A stretch of 64,000 nt of DNA, from contig NC_089722.1 in assembly GCF_035083965.1 (NCBI RefSeq), positions 25,355,081 to 25,419,080 of the forward strand. Direction: 5' to 3'. Shown here one piece after another: positions 58,825 through 64,000 of the stretch (position 1 is the stretch's first letter; every line of letters starts with the position of its first letter). A program made the translations under genes and the position numbers. Under the pieces are notes generated by a model. That model was not told the DNA's origin. It was given only the letters and a program-made list of their open reading frames with translations, and ran no database searches. The stretch comes from Branchiostoma lanceolatum. Lineage: Eukaryota.

Positions 58825-61800
58825 CGTGTACTAGACTTAAACCATTGAAAGCAGTTTAAAGGGGGGCGGGAAAATTTCCGTTCATAATTCCAGGGAAATA
58901 AATCACGCCTGACAAAAGGAAATTCACATTCAGTTATGATTCAGTCCGAGCAAAATGTTACCTGTGAATTACGATTTAGATAGAATACATGTATTTTGAA
59001 AGCAATGTAGAGATTGTCAAATATTTTCCACTACCTTACAACGTTAAAATTATGACAGAAAGAACATGATTTCAGCAAAAGTGGATGTGTTCACAACTAC
59101 ACTTGTGTATGTTGAAATAAAGAAAGCCTAATGTGAACAGCAAATATGTGCACAACGAATTGTGAAAAAGATGTACCAAGATTTATGAGATGGACCAAGA
59201 TATATGTGTATCTACAGTACTGTGAATTTTGATGCGTATCCGAATCAGGGGCAATCTTTTTCTGTGACAGCGTCCATTTATGTGTGATCATCCTTTTTAT
59301 TTTATTTCATTTTACATTGTTTTATTTGATTTAATTTTCTCTTCTTTCTTTGTCCTCTCAAGTGTCTTTATGCTGACTGGCAACAATAACACATAGCTAC
59401 CCAAATCAACCTGTTTATTTGCTAAATGTATATCGTTTAAAGGAATTACACAGATGTTTGTGAACATAAAATGTATTTCACCTGTGGTCTGATTTCGAGG
59501 CTAGCCTAACAAAAATTACCGGATGTCCTGATTTCAAGGCTAACTACCCATCCTACATGACCTGTCAAAGAGAGGAAGCGTGTTCACAAAAGAAATGATT
59601 GATTACCTTTAGGACAATCCTCCTTTTTAATTTTTGGGTACGAGTTATTAGTTTTAAGACTCGCGGCGGAGAACCCCGGGGGCAGGTAGGAGGGGGAGGG
59701 GCCCAGGTGCCACAGTGGGTACATTGATGGTGGACAGGTGTGCAGATGTTCCTTACACACCTGTGACTCCAAGGTGGAAGGTCGCTGTGGATGAAAGAAC
59801 GAGCGTCAGTCAGTCGGTATGTAAGGTGACAGGTTAAGTGAAAAGTACCGGTTTGTCAGCTAATTTGCACACAGTCAAAAACAACGTGTACGTTATTGTC
59901 AAAATTATTAGGCAAGGCGTAACAGTCCTTTGTGTATTAAGACACAAAATTACAATCGAAAAATCAAAATCTGTGGTATATGTTTTCGTGGTTAATAGTT
60001 GTAAGCAAAATTTTGGAAAATTTGGATTTGTCAAATATTGATGACAACTCGTAAAATGTACGTCATGGTATTTGCTCTATGATCGTTTTACTTCTGGTGA
60101 TGTTGTCTTTATAGTAGAATTAGAATAAAAGACAAAATAGAGTTTGGGACATTTAAAGTCATCAGCAATTGTGTTGTACCGTCTACGCATCATGAGAACT
60201 GCTGACCTAGAATCTCAAGCGTGTTCAAGCCCGTCAACCTTGAAATCACCTTGTAGGGTTTAAAAGATGGCGGATGTCAAATGTTACTTGAGTTATAAGA
60301 TCAAGGCCGTAACAGAAAACTTCGACCTTCAAGCACAATGACGAATCTCACGGCAGGGGTTCAGTCCGAGGTCCAGGTTTACGTCAGCGATCTCCGGACG
60401 ACAATGCGGGATGACTAGTGGATAATATTCAGGCTTTTGGGGGTGATTTCAGCGTCACGAAAGAAAGGCAGAACGGTTCGAAATCCCATAATTGTGTGGC
60501 ACTGCGGGGAGACCATAGTTTAAGGCTTCTGGCGGGATGTAAACTTATAACGTAGCGGACATAATGATGGTGACTTAAAGTTTGGGACCCCGTGCTTGTA
60601 GGTTTAATAAAGCACTGCTCCCCAACCTCTATCATAAACTAACTTCAAGCCAAAGTACAGAGATGTTTGGTCCTCTGTCGATGCTCCAGACAAATCCACA
60701 GACTCATGATCAAGTACATACATTGTCGACGTTGCCGACAAAAGATGACTAGAAACAGTTATGACAGCTGTGTAAACTTGTCCACCGATAAACTCACTGA
60801 TAACGAAATTCAACAATGTTTTGTGAAAAACCATATATGCGTCGCTTATTGAGATAAGGATTATAGCTCTTACAGTGTGATTTAAGTGTCCAGACTCCGG
60901 CTGTGTAAGAATCGAGCAGTTTTTAATTATTTTGGATTATCAATTTTACGGTCGATGTGTTCTGACACAGGGTCTGTGCCGCTCCTATCCCAGGACGACC
61001 CCATTCTGCCTTCAGACGACGTTTTTCTAAGCCCCTAGGACAAACTCCAGACCCAGTGGTCTCATTCTGTAATAAGCACCGTCCAGCTCCTAACACAGCC
61101 TTCAAAGGAACTACATCAAGCCAGAAGTCATACACCTACACATCGGGATATTTATAATAGGGCAAGCTTTTAACACACTCTTAAAGGAAAGCTGACGAAA
61201 ACCTCCTGCTAAGAGTAGATTCATTAAGCCTGAAATGAAATCACTTCCTCTCAGCGTTTCTGACAGGAAAGTTAATCCACATGATTAAAGATTTGACATG
61301 TTCGATGACATGAATAATTAGAGGGCAGCGCTCAGCCCAATTATGTTCAGATGAGGGAACGAGGACGCGCTTTTCTTTCTGTGGCTTTGTGGGAGGGGAG
61401 GGGTCGCTTGTGTGCACCTGTTGAAAAGATGAGGTAATGCTTGTGGTTAATTTGGTGATGTACCGCCTGTCTGTGGTTTGAAGAGAGCTGGTCGAGCATA
61501 ACTGTTTTATTAGACTAAAAATGTGGGAAGTGGGCCAAAAGGGAAGTCATACACAATGAATATGAAAGAAGGTATGACGTCTTCAACAGTCACGAAAACT
61601 GCCATTTCAACTTCGCGCTTGAACAATTTGAACGATCCTTAGAAACGACAAAAGAGCAATCGATGATGTGCAGATGTAGTATTTTAGCAATTTTGTCTTT
61701 GATCTCAAGTTGGAAGGAAAGAGAGCTGGAGACTAGATGCACCCCAATAGACTTGAAGGACAGATCTATCTTAAGATTACGATTTGTTGCAGTTGTTGAC

Positions 61801-63189
61801 GTCAACGGACTTGATAAATACACGTTGGCTACTTGACTTATTCTAAAGTCTATCGGGACGCCTTTCGGTCGCATTCTACTTCTAGTCATTAGATTACAAT
61901 ATGATGCGAAATTCTGAATGAAAAAAGCTTATTATTATCAAAAGTCTGAAAGCCCAACTTCCTTTACGTGTGGTCTGATCGTACGGCGCCAGTTTAGGAA
62001 ATGAACATTAGTGCAAGACACGTAAGGTAGTGATCAGAAGATGTGTTGTGCATTGTTTATTCGCAACGGAAGGAAAACTGAAGAGTCGCCGGGCTGCGTA
62101 CCTGAAACGCGAGCCTTGAATTCAAAACGCCTTCGTCACTGCTGCCCCGTATACGCACCAGAACTGGCTATATCCCGTATCAGACAGGAACTGCGGATTA
62201 CAGATCCTCTGAAAGTGGTGTCAGCCTCAGTTAACCAAACACGTTCCCCTCACAGTAAGTGCTATATGTTTACCGACATATAATGTATCAAAGTCGGCGT
62301 TAGGCATTTACCGATTTTGAACAACCTATCCCAACGGAAATTATTACAAAACCCATTCATCATCTTGTTCCTAACACAAAGATTTATTGATTTTCTTAAG
62401 AAGGACGTATGATATACGAAACTCTTGCGGAAGCACCTCGGAATATCTGTCTTTGGCATTGCTGATGAGAACACTGGTCCGGAGATCGTCTGCTGGTGAC
62501 GTCATGCTCGGTAAATGTCGTCAACCTCCGCCGTAATAACGGCGGCTCCCGACTGATTAGAAGGTTTGCGACAAAGAGGCAATGATAGAGGACGCACGGA
62601 TAAAAGAAAAAGCCAAAAAGGTGACTTCCTTTCTAACTAGATGCCACGTCTTTTCCATTCCCTTCCTAATTATAACTTTGTAAAAAAAGGAAGGAACTTG
62701 CGGATGATGACCGGTGCATTTTGTATACAAGGCCATTTCCGACTTTGCGTTCCGATGCGGTTTGTTCATCATAGTAATTAGCAGTAGTGATTAGTAACTA
62801 ACCACAGGTTAGGTGTAGACGGACCTTTCATGTTGAGCCACGTATGTGAGGAATGCTCCTTTCAAGCCGCAAAAAAAGAAAGTGACTATTAGTGCTCTAG
62901 TTCAAACCTCTAAAAGTATAGACTTGTCTGAAACATACATCAGAATGGCGGTCGGGAAGTATTGAAGGCAGTGTATGCTTATGCGTAAGCTACCACGTGG
63001 TGGTACGTCGCACATGTTGTTAAACCAAGCATAAGCAGTGCTTTCATGATGTTAGATGACTATTAACCAGTGTCTGCTACCCACTGATCGTTGGTCATCA
63101 CCATTGGTCATCGAGTGACGGGAGAGAAGGTATGGGCCGTGTAATATAAATAATAGAACACACAGGACCTCCCTCCCCTTCTTTTGGGG

Positions 63190-63350
63190 GTGCTGGGTTC
63201 TTTAACGTGCAGGGGTTTGACGTCAGAGGCTGTCGCATACACGTGACAGAAGGCTTAACCATCCGATCACTGATGCAACTCCAACACCGCGTGTCCGAGC
63301 GCGGTTCGAACCCCCGCCCTCTGTATCTACGGAATTTGATCCATATTCCT
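63190..63350 (-). mobile_element. tRNA-derived SINE copy, family A (- orientation)
   Basis: See the 4040-4300 copy; contains ggttcgaaccc. Confidence 0.5.
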
Positions 63351-63439
63351 GTGAGCTACTTTTAAAAGCAACACCAGTTGATGATAAAGTAGACAATATG
63401 AAACCCTTCTCCATCACCGCATTTACCTTAACGGAACTT

Positions 63440-63690
63440 CCATTCTCTGACCTCAAGTATGCGTGTTGAGGTCATCTGGAGTATCAACAAGCAAACCAGA
63501 TCTAGAGATCCTGGGTTCGAATCCCCTGACATGTCACCGATGTTGTGCCCTTGGCACTTTGCACGACTTTCCTCGCTCCCCCCAGGTGTAAAAATGGGCA
63601 CCTGACTTCGGTTGGGGAGGTAAATGGCGGTAGAAGGAGAGGGATGCATTCCAATACTGAGCCCTAGACACCGTGGATAACAACCCACTG
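63440..63690 (+). mobile_element. tRNA-derived SINE copy, family B
   Basis: tRNA-like head ..cctgggttcgaatcccctg.. then a body with ccttggcactttgcacgac resembling ttggcactccaaagtctgg in the 23290-23575 copy. Confidence 0.4.
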
Positions 63691-64000
63691 CCCCTACGGC
63701 CTCGAAAAGGCTATGGGACTACCTTTACCTTTACCGACAAACAATCTCCCTGAATGTAACTGTTACAGTGATAAGAATCCTGTATATTTGTAACCTTTAT
63801 ACCACTAGTTATAAATCCAGGCCATTTCAGACAATAATCAAAGTTTATGTGTTAATCCTGGATGTGTTGACTTCATGTTGTTTTTCCGATGATTATCGTT
63901 TTTCTACCGGACAAAAACAGAAAACAAAAGAAGATAAAGATTGAACTGCGTCAATCAAAATGTTATCAACGTGGGTGGGAGGACTTAAAAGCAGGTAGAT

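Overview
This is a eukaryotic (metazoan, probably invertebrate deuterostome) nuclear genomic window with intron-rich genes and many small transposon insertions. It is not prokaryotic: the six-frame ORF list mostly captures exon fragments. I reconstructed five multi-exon genes on the + strand by canonical GT/AG splice sites, exon-phase continuity and remembered homology. (1) The last six exons of an Ig/FN3-repeat muscle-type protein (titin/twitchin/MyBP-like), ending at 2276. (2) A complete 21-exon gene for an N-myristoylated (MGCGAS) DUF4062-like, NACHT P-loop NTPase and TPR protein that most resembles nephrocystin-3 (NPHP3), 5546-16830, with an acidic C-terminal tail. (3) A complete 5-exon mitochondrial ribosomal protein L18 gene (MRPL18), 19127-22647. 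(4) A complete 19-exon major vault protein gene (MVP), 26724-38666. (5) An 11-exon mosaic secreted serine protease with signal peptide, LDL-receptor class A modules, a Thr-rich linker, a TSP1 repeat and a trypsin domain with an intact H/D/S triad, 45844-58824. On the - strand two short paralogous ORFs (40532-40855 and 44325-44531) encode N-myristoylation-type basic N-termini followed by an RRxS...acidic-Tyr motif. Both carry a conserved GTACGT splice donor at the same codon position, which suggests first exons of a small, apparently undescribed gene pair. One of them is followed by an 86-bp tandem duplication that is open on the - strand. Introns and UTRs are littered with MITEs (including a palindromic family with 9-bp TSDs), a foldback element, minisatellites, and at least two tRNA-derived SINE families. 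A ~0.9-kb CpG-rich insertion flanked by 78-bp direct repeats sits in an NPHP3-like intron. I saw no rRNA, genuine tRNA, or CRISPR.
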